A stretch of 63,124 nt of DNA, counting the filler, from Octopus bimaculoides (Eukaryota): NCBI RefSeq assembly GCF_001194135.2. It is 6 parts of 6 records of this genome, joined end to end, with 100 filler letters (N's around TTAATTAATTAA, not from the genome) between each part and the next. Parts side by side here need not be neighbours in the genome. Positions count along the whole stretch, not along the records: positions 16,856 to 47,108 come from NC_068994.1; 5 more parts are not named here. One strand, written 5' to 3'. The notes under the pieces were generated by a model, which did no database searches, had not been told where the DNA came from, and was given only the letters and a program-made list of their open reading frames with translations. This document shows, in pieces, positions 25,501 to 41,404 of this stretch. Each line of letters opens with the position of its first letter. Position 1 is the first letter of the stretch. A program made the translations under genes and the position numbers.

Positions 25501-28500
25501 CATATTGTTCCCAGTGCTACATTACTTTGTTGAGTTATAAATATATTTACTACTAACAAAGTGCAAACATGTCTGTGTGGCTGAGCTGCTTACTTTGCAA
25601 CCACATGGTTTTAAGTTCAGTTCCATTGCACTGCACCTTAGACAAGTGCCTTCTACCGTAGCCTTAGGTTGACCAATACCATGTGAATAATTAGAGTAAA
25701 TGGAAACTGAGGGGAAGCCTGTCATACATATGCATGTGTATGTATCTTTGTGTTTGTATTTGTTCCTTGTCACTGCTTGAAAACTGGTGTTGGTGTGTCT
25801 ATGTCCTCATCGTTTAGCAATTCAGCAAAAGAGACTACTAAAATAAGTATCAGGCTTACAAAATATAAGTCCTGGGGTTGATTTGTTTGACTAAACCCAT
25901 CAAGCTAGTGCTCCTGTGTAGCTGCAGTCCAATGAATGAAATGAGTAAAAGAAAATAATGATAATTAGCTCAGTTCTTATAATTTTGAATAGATGTAATG
26001 ATGAATATCCCCAATATATAAAATACATGCCAACATTAAGAAAGTGGGTTTATCTTGAAAGTTAATGGATGTCCATTGAAGTAAAAGAGCAAAAAATTGT
26101 ACAGGGGTATAGTAACTTTTGTTCTGTGATGTCTGACTTAGATGATTGGTTGAAGAGACTGAAATGACTGGTTAAGATGGCTAACTTAACTTGCATGAAG
26201 AAAGAAAAAGAAAAAAACTCTTATGCAATCTAACTGCAGTTAGAAGAAGTGATGGATGGAATTAATAGACAGACATTAATGTCCATTTTGTGACACAATG
26301 AATCCAAAGATTCACTTTGTAAATAATAATATTTAACATTATTATCTAGATGCAGGCATGGCTGTGTGGTTAAGAAGTTTGTTTCTAAACCACATAGTTT
26401 CAGATTCAGTCCCACTATGTGGCACCTTGGGCAAGTGTTCTCTACTATAGGCCCAAACCAACCAAAGCCTTGTGAGTGGATATAGTAGATGGAAACTAAA
26501 GGCAGACCATATCATGTCAGACAAAATGCTTAGCAGCATTTCTTTTGGCTCTTTATGTTCTGAATTCAAATGCTGTCAATTCTGCTTTTCATCCTTTTGG
26601 CTCAATAAAATAAGGTAAAAATCAATTAGTTGGAGTGATGTAATTAACTATTCCACTTAACTCAAAATTGTTGGCTTTCTGCCAAAATTTAGAACAATTA
26701 TTATTATTACTACTACTACTGCTACTTTCATTTCTGTTTCCCCACTCCATTTATTTTTGCAGCTATATGGTTTGTCATAAAATTGGCTTTAATTCTTTAG
26801 CAGAGTCTGAAGATGTTAGGATATGAAGAAAATATATGAAATGACACAAGATTACAGAATACAGTTTCCTGGGAGAGATGGACAAAAGGAGGAAAGAATG
26901 TAATGTAAAAAGTGACATTTGGATGAAAATAAATGTTTACAAATTAAGAAAAAGAATTGACCAAAGTCAAAAGGACAAAAGAATGTTGAAGTAAAAAAAA
27001 TATCTGAAATCAAAGGTCATAACTGACCAAGACACAAAGGCCATGTATGACCTAGACACAAACATCAAGAAACTTCTGAGTTACCAAAGCAAAAACTTTA
27101 GGAAGATTAAATGAGTAATAAAAGGAGTTAAGAGAGATCTGAAACTAGTCAGGTTAGTAAATTGTTGAGTTATTATTTGAATAGCCAATGGTTTTGTATC
27201 TGATAGCTGGTACTTTAGATGTGTTTCTGGCAAAACCACAACACACTTTTTCTTATATAGCCCTAATATGACTCTTATTGTACAAACCCTAAAAAAATAA
27301 GCAGTGACTGTCTTTTAGTTTTGTATTCAGTGTTTTAATGTTTATAGTGATTTGTGTGTCTTTCTATAATTTGATTTGAGAGAGATTTGGCTGGTATATC
27401 TAGCAGGTAGAGTGGTATACCTAGCATATAGAGGCTACATCATTGTATCTTTTACATGTTGTTATGTGGACTCAGACCCATTATGATCAAGCAGACTTGT
27501 AAGGAAAAGTGTTCCAGCCGTGATCATCTCATTTTTATTTGTTTTATAGTGATGCCATTATCGAATTAACCAACAATATTTATAGACTACTAGAAATGGC
27601 AGCAGCAAAGCAGCTATTCCACTGTAGTTCTTAAACTTCTATCTCTAGAAGGAGATATAGTCTTTAGTAATGACCCAATAACCTAGTGACACCAGCTCTC
27701 TAAGATTTGGCTGGAGAATAAATCTTTTGCTGCCACGACTTTCCAGCTAGATCAGTGTGTTATTTCCTGCAAAAGAGTGGTCTGAAAAACAGACATCAAG
27801 AGAGCCACCAAGGAAATACAAAGTAGCTGAAAGCACCTCAAAGTGACTGTGGTTGACAAGAGATTAAATTTGGAACCCTTATTCTAGCAAAGACTAATTC
27901 AGTCCTTACTGCCCCACTCAGGTAAAACGTACAGGCCATTTGGAGTAAATTTGCTTGTGACTTGCTAATGATACAGAAGAGCTTCTGACATTGCAGTGCA
28001 ATGCAATGCTTGCAATATCTCTGAGTAACTCCTGCACTTTCTGTATAGTACAAAGTATCTTTGATGTTTATTTCACCTGTACTTTGCTATGTAAAATTTG
28101 GATGCTCTCTTTAACATACTTCAGGTATGGCCAAGTAGTGGATAGAGGACATTTAATGAAATTAAAACTGTGAGTGGGAGGAAACAGCACAAAAGCTGCT
28201 TACAAAATATATGTTAGGGTAATACATAAAAAGAACAAACTAAACACAAAAATGTTTACTTGTTAACCCAAAGTTCATTTTATTTGAAGCCAAATAGAGA
28301 TTTGAAATGAATCAGATAGAAAAGACAGAACACAAAAATGCTAACTAATTAACCCAGAGTGTACTTTATTTGAATTCAAATACAGACTTGAAATTAAATT
28401 AGATAAAAACTTGTTTGAGTTATCAATTGAATGTAAAGAAGAGTAAGTCATTGATAGATAAGATAAAGCACGGTTTTTACATCATGTAGATTTTAAACTG

Positions 28501-29678
28501 GCTTCATCTTGGATCAAGCCACTTTTATTTTTAATGGTAGCAAGAATAATGGTGATTGTTATCAATACAATGCTAGGTGTGATAAGGAAAGTAGTAGTGA
28601 TGCTAGCAGAGGTGAAAATAGTAGTGATATGATATAGATAGGATAGTAAATATGATTTTGTAAAGTAAAAATTTGAATAAAAACACATTAAATGCATGAG
28701 AACAGATAAGATGTACTGCTGCAGTGTATCAGAATAATTGCTTTTATGAAATTACAATATCAATGACAATCGCATCATATCAATGAAGAAAAAAATTCAG
28801 TTGCAAAAGTTTGCAATTGTCCAATAGGAAAAGCAATTCAACCAATGCTTTGTTTGCATTTTGTTTCCATAGAATTTTATGTTATTCATTCTTGCAATTT
28901 TCAAATATTTTAGCCAATATACACGATATTTTATTTTTGTTTTTGTTTTGTTTGTTTTTTTTCCCGCTACCGACAACCAATTGGGTTATATCTGTAACAA
29001 ACCATTCAAATATTTTCAGATAATTATTTTTTAATAAAATAGTTTATTTTAGTCTCTCACAAAAATATTTGCAGTTTGAAGGCTTTTTTTATGACTAGAA
29101 TTGAAAATTGATTAGCTGGTTGGAATTAGTTGTTTGTGTGATTTCGAAATTTTTTTCCCTTTATTTTTAATTTCAGTTGTAAAACTAACAAACAAACAAA
29201 CAAACAAAAATGATTAAATATGGAGTTGTTGTTTTTTTAAATGTCAATATTAGTAATTACTGTTTCATGTTAAATGTTAGAAATGCCAAGTGCAGTCTAC
29301 CATATCATTACCACTTCCTTGTAAGTGCTTAATTCTCATCAGATTCATGACAGTAGGAACCACATATTATTGAATTTTACTTTCCAATTCATTCATACGG
29401 TGTCCAGCAGGCATTGCTCAATGTAACAAGCATAACCAAAGGACAGACATTACTACGATTTGAAGCAGAACCCATGCAATTACTAAGAATGACTGCAAGC
29501 ATTGATCATCAAGAGCATTAGTTCATGCAATGCAGTATTATAAATAACCATTTGCCAGAGGTATCAAAGCAAACTGGTTCAAACTCAGTTACAATGCAGA
29601 TGACATCTGTATGAACAATTGATCTGTTTCAAACAAAGTTCTCCATCAACACATGAAATATTCAGTATGTTTATGCTC

Positions 29679-29711
<33 letters not shown>

Positions 29712-31436
29712 AGAGAAAGGAGAACAACTGGGAAGAGTTGCATACACAAATGCATTAGTTTGTGTTGTTAAAATATTAGAGACATTATTTGATCATCATC
29801 ACAACCACTACCACCACTACCACCAGCATCAATTGTTGTCATCATCATCACTGTTGCTGCCCCATTCACCATCATTGTCATCATCCACACCATCAGCAGC
29901 AGCAGCAAGTGCATTATTGTCCTCATTTTTATGTCCACTTTTTTTCCATGCTGGCATGGGTTGGACGAGACTTACTGAGATAGTATTATATACTAGATAC
30001 CCTTCCTGTCACCGACCTTTGTTTTACAATAAAAATATTTCCAAATTTCATGCAAACTGCCAAGTGAGATTTTTTTGTTTATGGAGGAAAACAAACATAG
30101 ATATCCATACTACTAACTGATCAGTGTCAATACAGACACATGCACATACACCCCCTCATACATATATCCTCAACAGCTTTCTGTCTAGTTTCAATCAATC
30201 AATTCCACTCACATGGCATGGCCTGAGGCTATAGTAAACAACACGTGTTATACACTGAGACAGAATCTAAAATCATATGGTTGTGAAGCAAACTTCTTAA
30301 CTATACAGCCATACCTCCTCCCATAATGATTCAGCAAATTTAGTGGTAAGCAGATGTTACACAAATGTGAAATAAATTTGGGTTCTATAGCTATGGAATT
30401 TTTGTGCTCAAATATAGACTGAGCATGATATGCTACAATAATTCATCTAACTTCAGTTTTTCTTTTAAAGAGGTTGTTGGTTTTATGAGATAATGGGATT
30501 AATCCACAAAAAAGTATGACACAAATAATTTGTTTAGGGATTAATTATGAAGAATTAATTATTGATGACAAAATTCAACATGATGAGTTAATAAAAAAGA
30601 GTAACCAAATCGTTAAGATTTGTGTTCAAGAGTGACGGTATAAAGTTGTTGAGTTAAGCAGATTTTCATCCATTAAAACATGTGATGATTGCAGCATTTT
30701 AATCACTAAGCTATTATTCTATAAAATAAACCAAAAAAATAGCCATCAACAGGTGAACAACTCTATTAACTACATGATATCAATAAAAAATGGTTTTAGA
30801 GAAAGGCATATCTTTTTTGATGGTATTAGTGAAGTAAATGAAGTATCAATAGTTGGGAATTGAACCTGCAACACAAATTCAGTTCTTTAAGAATCTTGTC
30901 TGTCACCTGTGCTGATAATTTCAAATACTGATTTATTTCTTTGCTATAAGGTAAATTTTGAAAAAGAGGATTACACTCAAAATAAAGCTTAATATATTAT
31001 TGTATTATAATGAAGGAGACTGAACCAACAAGGAAGCTTCTATGTGGTCATTTAACTTGCTAGAAATGACAATTAAATTACCCTCAGTTCACACCCTACT
31101 GTCTCAAAAAATGGACACATTTGATGTTTTCTAATTTAGGAAAAAAAGCTTACATTTTTTTTTTCTTTTTTTTTTGTGTGAGGAAGTTAGTTGATGACAG
31201 CAACTCCAGTAATTGAGTGGTATTTATTTTATTTACACTAGAGAGAAACAGCAAAGTTAACCTTGTGGGATTCGAAGTGATACATTAAATAAAGCAGTCT
31301 TAAAGAAATCATTCATAGAATGATCTTGACTGGAACACCTTTGCTCATTAGTCTATCAAATCAAGTCTAACCTGGGGTTAAATGGCAATAACAAAAATAA
31401 AAGGATAGAAATTAAAGGAAATCAAACAACTTAACT

Positions 31437-31515
31437 AAAGTTAACTACAATATCTATACCCAAAGTTAACTATAATATCTACACCCTAAAGTTAACTATA
31501 ATATCTATACCCAAA
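31437..31515. repeat. Minisatellite, ~24-25 bp x3
   Basis: AAAGTTAACTAYAATATCTAYACCC(T) is repeated three times. Confidence 0.9.
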
Positions 31516-34500
31516 CAACATTTTCTTTTTCATTTAATTTTTATTTACAAAAATATGCAGATCCACTGTAAGAGGTATAATATTTCCATGGCTGTTAAAA
31601 ATGAGTGCAAATACATTTATTGTCTGGAATATTGGAAAACTGAAATAGAATCAAATATCAAATAGAATCAAAAATAAATTAATTGATGACTCAAACAAAT
31701 TTTTCAGTTGCATGATGATGATGATGATTGTGTTAGTCATTGTAGCCATTATAAAATATGTCATCATCGTTTAGCCTTTGTATTCCATGCTGGAATGGGT
31801 TGGACTGTCCAATAGGATCCACCTAGCCTGAAAGTTGTATTGCTTTATAGAGTCTGCTTTGGCAAGGTTTCTACAGCTGGTTGCTCTTCCTTACTCCAGT
31901 CACTTTACAGAATGTACTGAGTATTTGATTTTTTACCAAAGTGCCAGCACAAGTAACTTGCAAGACAAGAGTCCATCCCTCAGTGTGGGTGCAATATTGA
32001 GAGAGGTGGCATTGGGCCAGGTATAGAAAGGCTAAAGGAGTAGGAAAGAGAGACAGGAACATGGTGTCATGTTATAGAGGACAAGCAGGGATAAGGTAAA
32101 TGCATGGGTACAGTAGGAAAGGGAGAAAAGATGGTGGAGACAAGGTATGAAGACGTACCCTCATGGCTCAAGAAGGAAGATCGGGGGCAAAGAAATGAGG
32201 ATAGCTGTGTGAATAGGTAGAGGGGATGAGGTTGAGGTGTGGGGAGAGACAAAAGATGCAGTGACAGAGACAAAAGTCAGGTGTACATAGGAGTAAATAC
32301 AGTAAGTTACAAAAAGAGGTGTCAGTGGCAGAGATGAGTGGGGTTTCAGGGGAAATGGACTTCAGTGGACGTATATTGTGGTAAGGGGTGATGCTGAGAG
32401 TGTAGGGTTGGTGGCAAGGAAAGGGTCCTTTATATCTTTTAGATAAACAACAAAAGAATTTAGTAAATAGTTAACATAGAAATATTATTACAAAATATAA
32501 ATATAAATTATTATAAAATCTAACTGTATGTGTGAGTGCATAATAATTACAATGATTCTATAATAATTCTTTCTAATTTTAACATATGGCATGCAATTTT
32601 GAGGGAGGGGAAATCAATTGCATTGATCCCAGCACTTGGCTGATACCTATTTTATCAACTCCAAAAAGATGAAGGCAAAGTCGACCTCAGCAGCAGAATT
32701 TGAACTTAGAGTATAAAAAAGGAACCAGAAGAAATACTGCTAAGCATCTTGTCTGACACATTAGTGATTCGGCTTGTTCACCAACTTCACAATAACTCCT
32801 TAATAATACAATTGTTTTAATTCCAACACACGATTTAAAATCAAATCCATTACTAAACAACTGTAACTCAAGAATTATTTCATTCCTTTCATTTTTTTTT
32901 TTTAATACAGCAAGTATCAGAGATGATCCAGACATGCTTCACCCTAATTCTCAGTGGTAGCATAACCTCAGTATAAATTGCAGAGATTTTAGTAAACAGA
33001 TCACTCAGCAAATATACTGACATGTATATTTGTTGGCATAGAGATGGAGATTTGTTTAAAGATTAAGCAATTCCGAGACAACATCTGCATGATAAATAAT
33101 CGTTAAATGACTTTGATCATATTTAATGCTTGGGAGGGACATGGTGTGCTCTCATCTACAATTTCATACCAGTCTCATGATTATAAAAATAATATGGACT
33201 GCTAATCAGGTATTACATAGGATTCATAATATATTTTTAGATGTAGCTACTTCACCAAATTCATCTCAAAAGCTATTGAACATTTAACAGCATTAATCCT
33301 CCAGCATGGATTGAATGTTGCTTAAAATAAACATTGAATCTCATTTGTAAATGTTCAACTGTATAGAGCATGCATAAAAAGTGTGATGCTGCATGGTAAT
33401 GAGATATAGATAGCAAATGCAGAAGATCTATCAAGACAAAAGAGAAAAGATAGTGTGGTGGCAGTGATGGTAGCAGTGGCGGCAATAGTAGCAGTGGTAG
33501 TGATAGCGATGATGGTGGTGGTGGTGGTGGTGATGAGGAGGAGGAGGGGGAGGAGGGTAGTAGTATTTCGGCAGTGGGCGATGATGACAACGATGATGCA
33601 TATTAATGCTGCCCTAATGTTAGATAAGCTCCTTGCAATGTTAACAACCCTAGTCCTTGTCTGTAGTAGTAAATAAAACACACAATCAGAACACACAAAC
33701 ATACACACACACACATCTCAAAGCAATAAACACACAACACACTATTTAATCTGCATTTGCCCAGTATACAGTTGTATTCTATTATGTGTATGTTAATGTA
33801 AACAATATTTAGCCTTGTTGAGAAGATTGCTTTGAGTTAAAACCCAAATTCCCAAATTGATACAAAACAGGTGATTGACAACAGGATTGTCACAATTTCA
33901 ATTCTCTTTACCTTCACATCAGCACCTGTATAACTGAGTCACATGCTCTTTCTCAAAGCAATCCATATATCAAGATTAAGTATATTTATGTGGTAAGAAG
34001 TTTACTTCCCAACCATGTGGTCTCAGGTTTAGTCCCACCTCATGGTATCTTGGGCAAATGTCTCCGAGAAGAGCCCTGGGCTGACCAAAGCTCTGTGAGT
34101 GGATTTGATCTTGAACTAATCCTTCTGGGTCTCCATCACTGCTCGCATTTTCTCTTTCAGTTACTAATCTTAAACAGTTTAAACTGATCATTAGCTTCAG
34201 TAATTTCTCTCATCCACTTCTTCTCTTCCTCTTTGCACAGTCCATCTTCTTCTGACTGATGACTAGAAAAATAGTTCTAAAACCTCAGGTTTTAATAAAT
34301 GTCTTCATCTAATGAATATATTTCAAATCATTAAAAAATAATGAGATCATTAATCTTTTATATTTTCATTGAGATTCAGATTCTTTTGTTTAAATTTTAT
34401 TTTATATTTTATTTTACATTTGTCTTATCAAATCAAAACTATCTTCTGTTTTTAGACTTTTATTTTTAGTTTCCCCCACGCCTCTACCAAAATAGAAAGA

Positions 34501-35730
34501 ATTATATTATTTTGCAATAACTTAAATTTTGTTTCCTCGATCAACTTTTCACCTACACTAACTCTTGAAGTTTCAAATTTTAAGATGTATCTTTATTTGG
34601 TAAGTTTTCAGTGGAGTGTTGGAAAGATCTTTTTTCCATATTCCATGTTTGATATTCTTACTCACCATAAGCAAATCGGAATTTAGTACTGAATCTGCTC
34701 AGAACATAATGATTCACAATTTTCCTAATGAAGGCAGGGAATTTATTTTCTATTCACAAAGCAACCATCTATCAGTAATATATGGCTGCTTCTTTACCTG
34801 GAGATATTTCTAATTATAACTGACACATTTTCAATCATTTCAACACAACCAATTTGGTGGGGTTGTTAGAGTGATTGAGGATAGACTGTCTCATGTTATT
34901 TGTCCTGATCCTATGTGCTCAGAGTTCAAATTGCACCAAGGTCAAATCCATCTTTCATTCTTTCCAAGTCAACAAAAAGTGGTGATTTAGAATGGTGGAT
35001 TAACAAAACTTGACTGGATGTCTTGTGGTCTTTGTTTTAATCCTTCATATTCTGAGTTCAAATCCCACTGTGGTTTGCTTGGGTGGTAGACTTAAACTTT
35101 GTCTAGTTTTACACTACCTCCTGACATCTTAAATGACATCAATGGAGTCCATTCTGTTGCAAGGAATCAGACCAGGTCTCTGGTTTGAAGATAATTTCTT
35201 TTCTTCCTCTACCATTCTCTTGTGGAAAAGGTTATGACCATAGGCACTACCTTCTTACCTGACTAAAAGTTAAAAAATAGTATAAAAAAGCCCAAAATGT
35301 TCTGCCTGTTTTATGTTTAAACTAGCCAGATCTCTCACACTTACCTGGCAATATCATTCAAATCATAAACAATCACATCAGAGAAATCTCAAAGCTACAA
35401 GACAATGCATGATTAATTCAAAAGCATGTGAATGAGTATGCATTACATTTGACAGGGTAATCTGAATGCCAAAAGGTTAAGGAAAGAACATAGAAGATAT
35501 ACGAAGTCAATGATAAATACTATGTTTAAGAAATACAAATATAGCTTTTTTTCTTTCATTAAAGTACAATCTCAGCTATAGCTTCTACAGACATACACAC
35601 TCATAACTTAATGTTGAGGTAGAACTGATACAGTATTTGTCAAGGCCAAACCTTTGAAATACTGGTGCTATCCACCCGAAGGGCATTCACACAGTTCCTC
35701 TCAATTCAGTTTTACTCACAAGGTTTAGGA

Positions 35731-35984
35731 CTGTGGTTCTGAACCATTTTTTGCTTATGGATCCCTTTGATTCCTATTTTACTCTACTGGACCCTCATAA
35801 CCATTCGATGTTTAAAAGATCCTATTATATCCTTTATAATTAAGTATTATCAAGAATTGTATAAAAGATTGTTAAAATAATTTGTGTATTGTAGAAGTAT
35901 GACCAATTTATTGCACAAAATTTTTAACAACAAGATTTTGTATAGACCACCAAAGTCCATATGGACCCTGGTTGAGAACTTCTG
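35731..35984. mobile_element. hAT-type MITE, second copy
   Basis: CTGTGGTTCTGAACC...GGTTGAGAACTTCTG with flanks GTTTAGGA / GTTTAGAG, consistent with a decayed 8-bp TSD. The interior is the reverse complement of 22246-22500. Confidence 0.75.
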
Positions 35985-36354
35985 GTTTAGAGAATTGTGA
36001 AGTTATTGTAGACACTTGCGTAAGCTGTTACTCAGCGGAATTGAACCAGAATCCTTGTGATGGTAAAGCAAACCTTCCTAACCATTCAGTCATACTGCAT
36101 CTACTGACTGTATCAAATTTACCTATTCACAGTGAGAAACTACACATCACCTGTCAATTATCATTACACCAAATTGATGGAGTCCTGAATCAAAGAACTT
36201 CTGCAACTTTTGGAACTCTCATAACCTTTTATCACTTTCATAACTTGAATTTATCTCTAGTTCCAGCTGCTGTGACTAACTGGTTGAAGTCATCTTTTGA
36301 TGAAAAGAAGTCATCACACTACTAAGACATTTTGCACTCAATACAATGATATCT

Positions 36355-37240
36355 AGAGACCTCTTTCGTTTTTTGCATATATTGATGAAATAGATGTTAA
36401 CTTGAAGCATGTTACAGTATTAAAATGCACAAACAACATTAAGCTGTACCTTGAAAGAAAAAGAACAGATCCTATGTGCTATAGATCTTTCCACCAATTT
36501 GACCTTGATACATTGGTGCAATAGTTTGCTGACTGATAACTCATGCTGGCTGCAAACAAGTGCACCTCTAGATATTTGAGGAAGAAAACCCCAGAATTTA
36601 CCAACTTCCTTCACAATACACCTATAAGAAGAATGCTATTGAATGTGACCTACGGATTATTGCCAACAATGATCTGTATTAGATGAATCACATTTCTAAA
36701 ATAATCAAAAAGTTTGAAGATGTTTATATATCATTCAGTAAGGTGTATGTCAGCTGCTCAACAGTTATCTATTAAAAGCTGTATATGGCTACGATATGTC
36801 CACATTGACAGCTTGCATCTCCAGTCTGGAATGCCTTTCTTGTCCAAAATATTGATGTACTTGAAGCTGTCCAGAAACATGCAACTAGCTGAATATTCTT
36901 CAACAGTCACTTGCTATATCTTGGACCATATCTCTAGGTATCAACACATTAAAGCTTTAATGTATAATAGCTACTTGGGAGAAACCCACATGGTTGTCTA
37001 CCATCTTTCAAACAGCAGCTTAAACCACCATTTTGAATCCAATATCTCTACCACCTTTGGACATGCTTATAAAATAAAATTTTAAAAAGTGCAAAAAGAA
37101 AGGAAGAAAAAGTGCAGCACTTAGTACTTTTAGAAACATTTTCTCTTACTCAGAATTGTTGAAGCATGGAATAAACTACTTGAATCAGTTGTTAGTTCTC
37201 AAGACAATGTATCCTTAAAAAATTTGATGCGTCCCAAAAT
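36355..37240 (+). mobile_element. Decayed CR1/L2-like LINE 3' end (RT and C-terminal region)
   Basis: Frameshifted pieces read AYIDEI...NIKLY (YADD region), ASPVWNAFLVQNIDVLEAVQKHAT, GHAYKIK and RIVEAWNKLLESVVSS, in the order expected for CR1-group ORF2. Confidence 0.75.
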
Positions 37241-40200
37241 TAGGTAATCCTATTCCTGATCTATGCACTTATTCCACTTTATGGCTCTTTTAACATTCAC
37301 TTTCTGTTTTGTGTTTTATGCTGTGTACTATGCATGTATGTACTTTTGGCTATCATTTCTCTTTCTTCATTTGACCATTGTTACTTTGTGTCCTATTTTT
37401 TTTAGCTTTCCAATAAGTTGTAGTACACCAAAGCACCACATACAATAAGCTCTGCTACTGTCTTTTTAACTTCTTCATTTCTCATAGCATAACAATCATT
37501 ACCACACAGTATTACACTTTTTAATACTGGTATCCTTGAGTAGTAAGTTTAATATGAAGACTGATATCTATTGCTATCGACATCAGTGGAGTAAATATAC
37601 CTTCTAGTAATATTGAACTGTTGCCTAAATATTGGTGGCTTCACTAACAATATTAATCCTATCAGAAAATTAGCACATTATCTGCAAATTTTAAATGATT
37701 TTAATATTGCAACATACACTTTACATACACACAGAAACATGCACACATACACACAATGCAAACAGACACACACACACACATACACAGAAAAGACACACTC
37801 ACCACATCAGTAGTAGTTCCTCCCTAAACACATCCTATTAGCCAATCAAAGACTCTTTTTTTATACTGTCTAATTTTTTTTCTAAAATGACTCAGGTTTT
37901 CAGCTACACCAATATAAAAATGTTGGTGCTACTTTCTCCTTTCTTACATACTTGTGCTTCTGTGTATAATAGCTTACATCTATAAACTCATGCATAACAT
38001 ACATACACACACGACTCGCACAACTTACACACACGACTCGCACAGCTTACACACACATATGCACATTACATATATAAGCCACACACATAAGGCAATTAGA
38101 GACCCTCTACATTGTTATTTGATCTACTACAAATAGCTGTAAACACATTTTACTATAACAATAATGAAAAGATACAATTATCCAATCTCTGCACTGCTTG
38201 GAATTAGTCTTAGGGATTAGGTCCAGTTATGGAACCTTTCAGAGTTTTACCTTTCATTCATGGTAAGGCACATTTTGCGAGCCTATGACTTTGTACATAA
38301 TCTACTAGATTATGGTTAGTGCCATAAGTAAAAAGGTTAAATGTGCAATGCCAAAAAAAAACTGTGTACCCAGATTTGATTTATAACCCACAGTTGCTCA
38401 CCCCATCATCTTCAGACACAAATACAAAAGATGAAATGAAAATATGTTTTTCTCAGGATCAGTATTTGAGGAGTTTTCAGTATAAATTTACTTGGTACTG
38501 ATATTATGATTTCTGCCCAATGAAGAAGCCTCCATTTAATCACTTAAATTTCAAGAAATAGAGACCAAATTTCTCTCAAATCACACCTTAATATCTTAAA
38601 AAGGAATGCATTGGAGAAAGTGGTTCTTTACAGTGCTGTCTTAAGGTATGGGCCCACTGGGCAAACACCAGGGGTCACCATGGATTTAAAGACCCGGTTC
38701 TAATCTATGGAAAGTTGTGGTTGTGTATTTAAGGCTTCCACTGCTCTGCTTTCTCCAGGGGATTATAAAGCTGTTAACATATCCCTATTTGTGCAGACAT
38801 TATACATAATAATATGGACAGGTTGACCAAATCTGGAACATCTTTGGTAATAGATTTGATTGCCCAGAATTCACCTGTGGTGGAACAACAACAACATTGA
38901 TTCTACGAGTTAAAAAATTAGATAAAACTGCATTATATAAAATCTAATAGAATCAATGATTAATAATGTTTTTTATGGTGAATCAAAACCGAACAAAATG
39001 GCAAGCTGACTAGGATGCATGAGCAAGTTACTCAGAACTCATCTTTTGAAGAGAGAAAAACTAACTTAGAAACTAGTTGCAAACATGATAATGGAGGAAA
39101 GAGTAAGAATACAAAAATAAATAAACAGCAAAATCAATAATCTCATGACCAAATGAAAAACATAACTGAAAAATATTTTTTATTAATATTTTTATCATTT
39201 AAAAAAATGTTCAAAGCCTTATTGAATGAAAATTTAGATAATAAGGTAAATATTAATGCATTTTGTTATGGTCAGAGAGCAGATAAAACACTGTAGAGTG
39301 GCACTCCTCTGCAAAAAGAACACTGCCAATCAATCAAGTGCAGTGGAGTATAAGAGATTCAGTACTCTGGAGCAGCTGAAAATGCTGTGATTTGATTGGT
39401 CAGTTTATTAAGTCTTTTAGTATCTTCTAGAACAAGCTAAGGATACTTGCTACTTGTTTAAATATGCTGTAATGTCACTGGAATGAAACTGCTGAACTTC
39501 TGAACTTTTAGAGACAGAGTAAACTGTAGCAGACTTATAGCCTTGTTGTAGTCCAGTATCAGAGAGAATACTGAAAATAAGACAACAATAAAAATACTGA
39601 GAGGCTATACTAGAATGTGCTGGAGAGACCAGTAATCATTATAAGATGAAATTTCCACAGTCCAACATCTATATTCTTTTATTTTATCACTGGTTTTAGT
39701 CATTGGACTGCAGCTATGCTTTTAAGGATTTTGACCAATTACACCATTCCCTGGAGTGTGTCAGATACTTATTCTATTGATCTCATATGAGATCAATAAA
39801 ATAAGTACTAGACACTCTACAGGAAATGATATAATTGGCTAATAAAATACTATTTTTATGTTAAGGGTTTTCATGCAGGCAGGAAATTATTGATTTCTTA
39901 TTTATCTATTTATTGATCAAGGTGAGATCAATAAAATGATGCAGAGTCAACTGGTCATAAAGAGAGGAAGCTGAAATATACTAAAATAACCCCCAAGGTA
40001 TTTTTTAACTCACTAGTTTCTCCAGCTTTTAGTAATAAATACATATTATGGGCTTCTGCACAGTTTCTATCTATAAAAATTTCACTACCTAGGCTTAGGT
40101 CAATCTGAGGTTTTAGAAGTCACTTGCTTGAAGCACCAAGCACTGGGATCAAATATAATCCATCTGAACCATATAGTAGCAAAGCAAACTTCTCAGTCAC

Positions 40201-41344
40201 ACCATACCATATAACACTTTAAAACTTCTAACTTGTAGCATTAGGCAAAACATGTTAACCATTTGAGATTTTCTTACAGTTATTGTCGTTATTCCTTTTC
40301 TTTTTTTTTTCTTCATAAATAATGCTGACAACCACTACATATTCTAAGATATCTCTCTTAACTTAGTTTCTTTCCAACTTTCTCTGCAACATTCTAATAC
40401 TTCTTCAGTACAACTCATGAATCAAGACAAATGTCCAAAGATTTTTCATGGATTTCAATTTTTAGCTACACTTCTAAAATTTTAACCTTTCGTTCAAGAA
40501 ACTATTTTAACTGTTAATATACTATCGGGGTCAAATTTCTTTTCTCCCCACTGCATATACAAACTTATACAAGCTCATGACATTCATGATCTTGTATTTC
40601 TAGTTTGATTTGAAATGAAATCATGCAAGATATTTTGACAATCAGATATTCTGAGTTCAGCATTTAACTAAATAATTATGTTACAACCTAATTTTGTTTA
40701 CTTATTTGGAAACAAATTATAAAGTAAAATGTTAAACCAACCAGACAAAAAGTCTGAAAAAATTTTGAAAGTCAATTTTATGCCAAATCAATAAAGTTTT
40801 TTTTTTATCATTTCTACATATAATTGATAAATTAGATTATATTGATTTAATAAAATAGATTTATGAAATTAATAATATAGGTTTGAGCATGATCAATGAG
40901 CACTGACATTTATTTTAAATCAAAAAAAAGTATTGGGTACATTTTGAGAGAACTACAAGCTTATACAAAAGTCATTATTTGCTTCTATTATCCAAGAGTT
41001 AAAGAAGAATATTTATAAAACTACCCTTCTAGTCAACAAGCATACTATTATGGAACTGATCAAGCCCAGACAAAGTCAGAAGAGAAGTTAAGTTAAAAGT
41101 TTTCACTAATCAAAGTTAATTTTCAGAGATTCCTGAAATAGCATGGAGCATATAGATATTTAAGTCCAAAATCATACAAACTGTAACAGTAAATAATATC
41201 AAAATATTTTTCTTTAAATAATTGTAATAATTTTACTATGAATGCTCCATATTTGCCTTAATAGTTTCATTTGCAATATTTGTTTTAAAAATACAATTAC
41301 AAAGCACAAATAGCATATTTTTCACTTTCCATTTTTTTCTGCCC

Positions 41345-41399
41345 ATACTGTTTTTGTATTAAATTTATAATAATACTGTTTTTGTATTAAATTTATAAA
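41345..41399. repeat. Tandem duplication, ~28 bp x2
   Basis: ATACTGTTTTTGTATTAAATTTATAA occurs twice. Confidence 0.9.
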
Positions 41400-41404
41400 A
41401 CATC

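Noticed and set aside
29370-29500. Minus-strand LSNACWTP resembling the delta-protocadherin CM2 motif (HSDxCWMP)
   Set aside because: Short ORF bounded by stops, no convincing acceptor, and only a partial motif; likely chance.
31437-31515. Short regularly spaced repeats suggesting a CRISPR-like array
   Set aside because: The units are contiguous with no unique spacers and the context is eukaryotic; this is an ordinary minisatellite.
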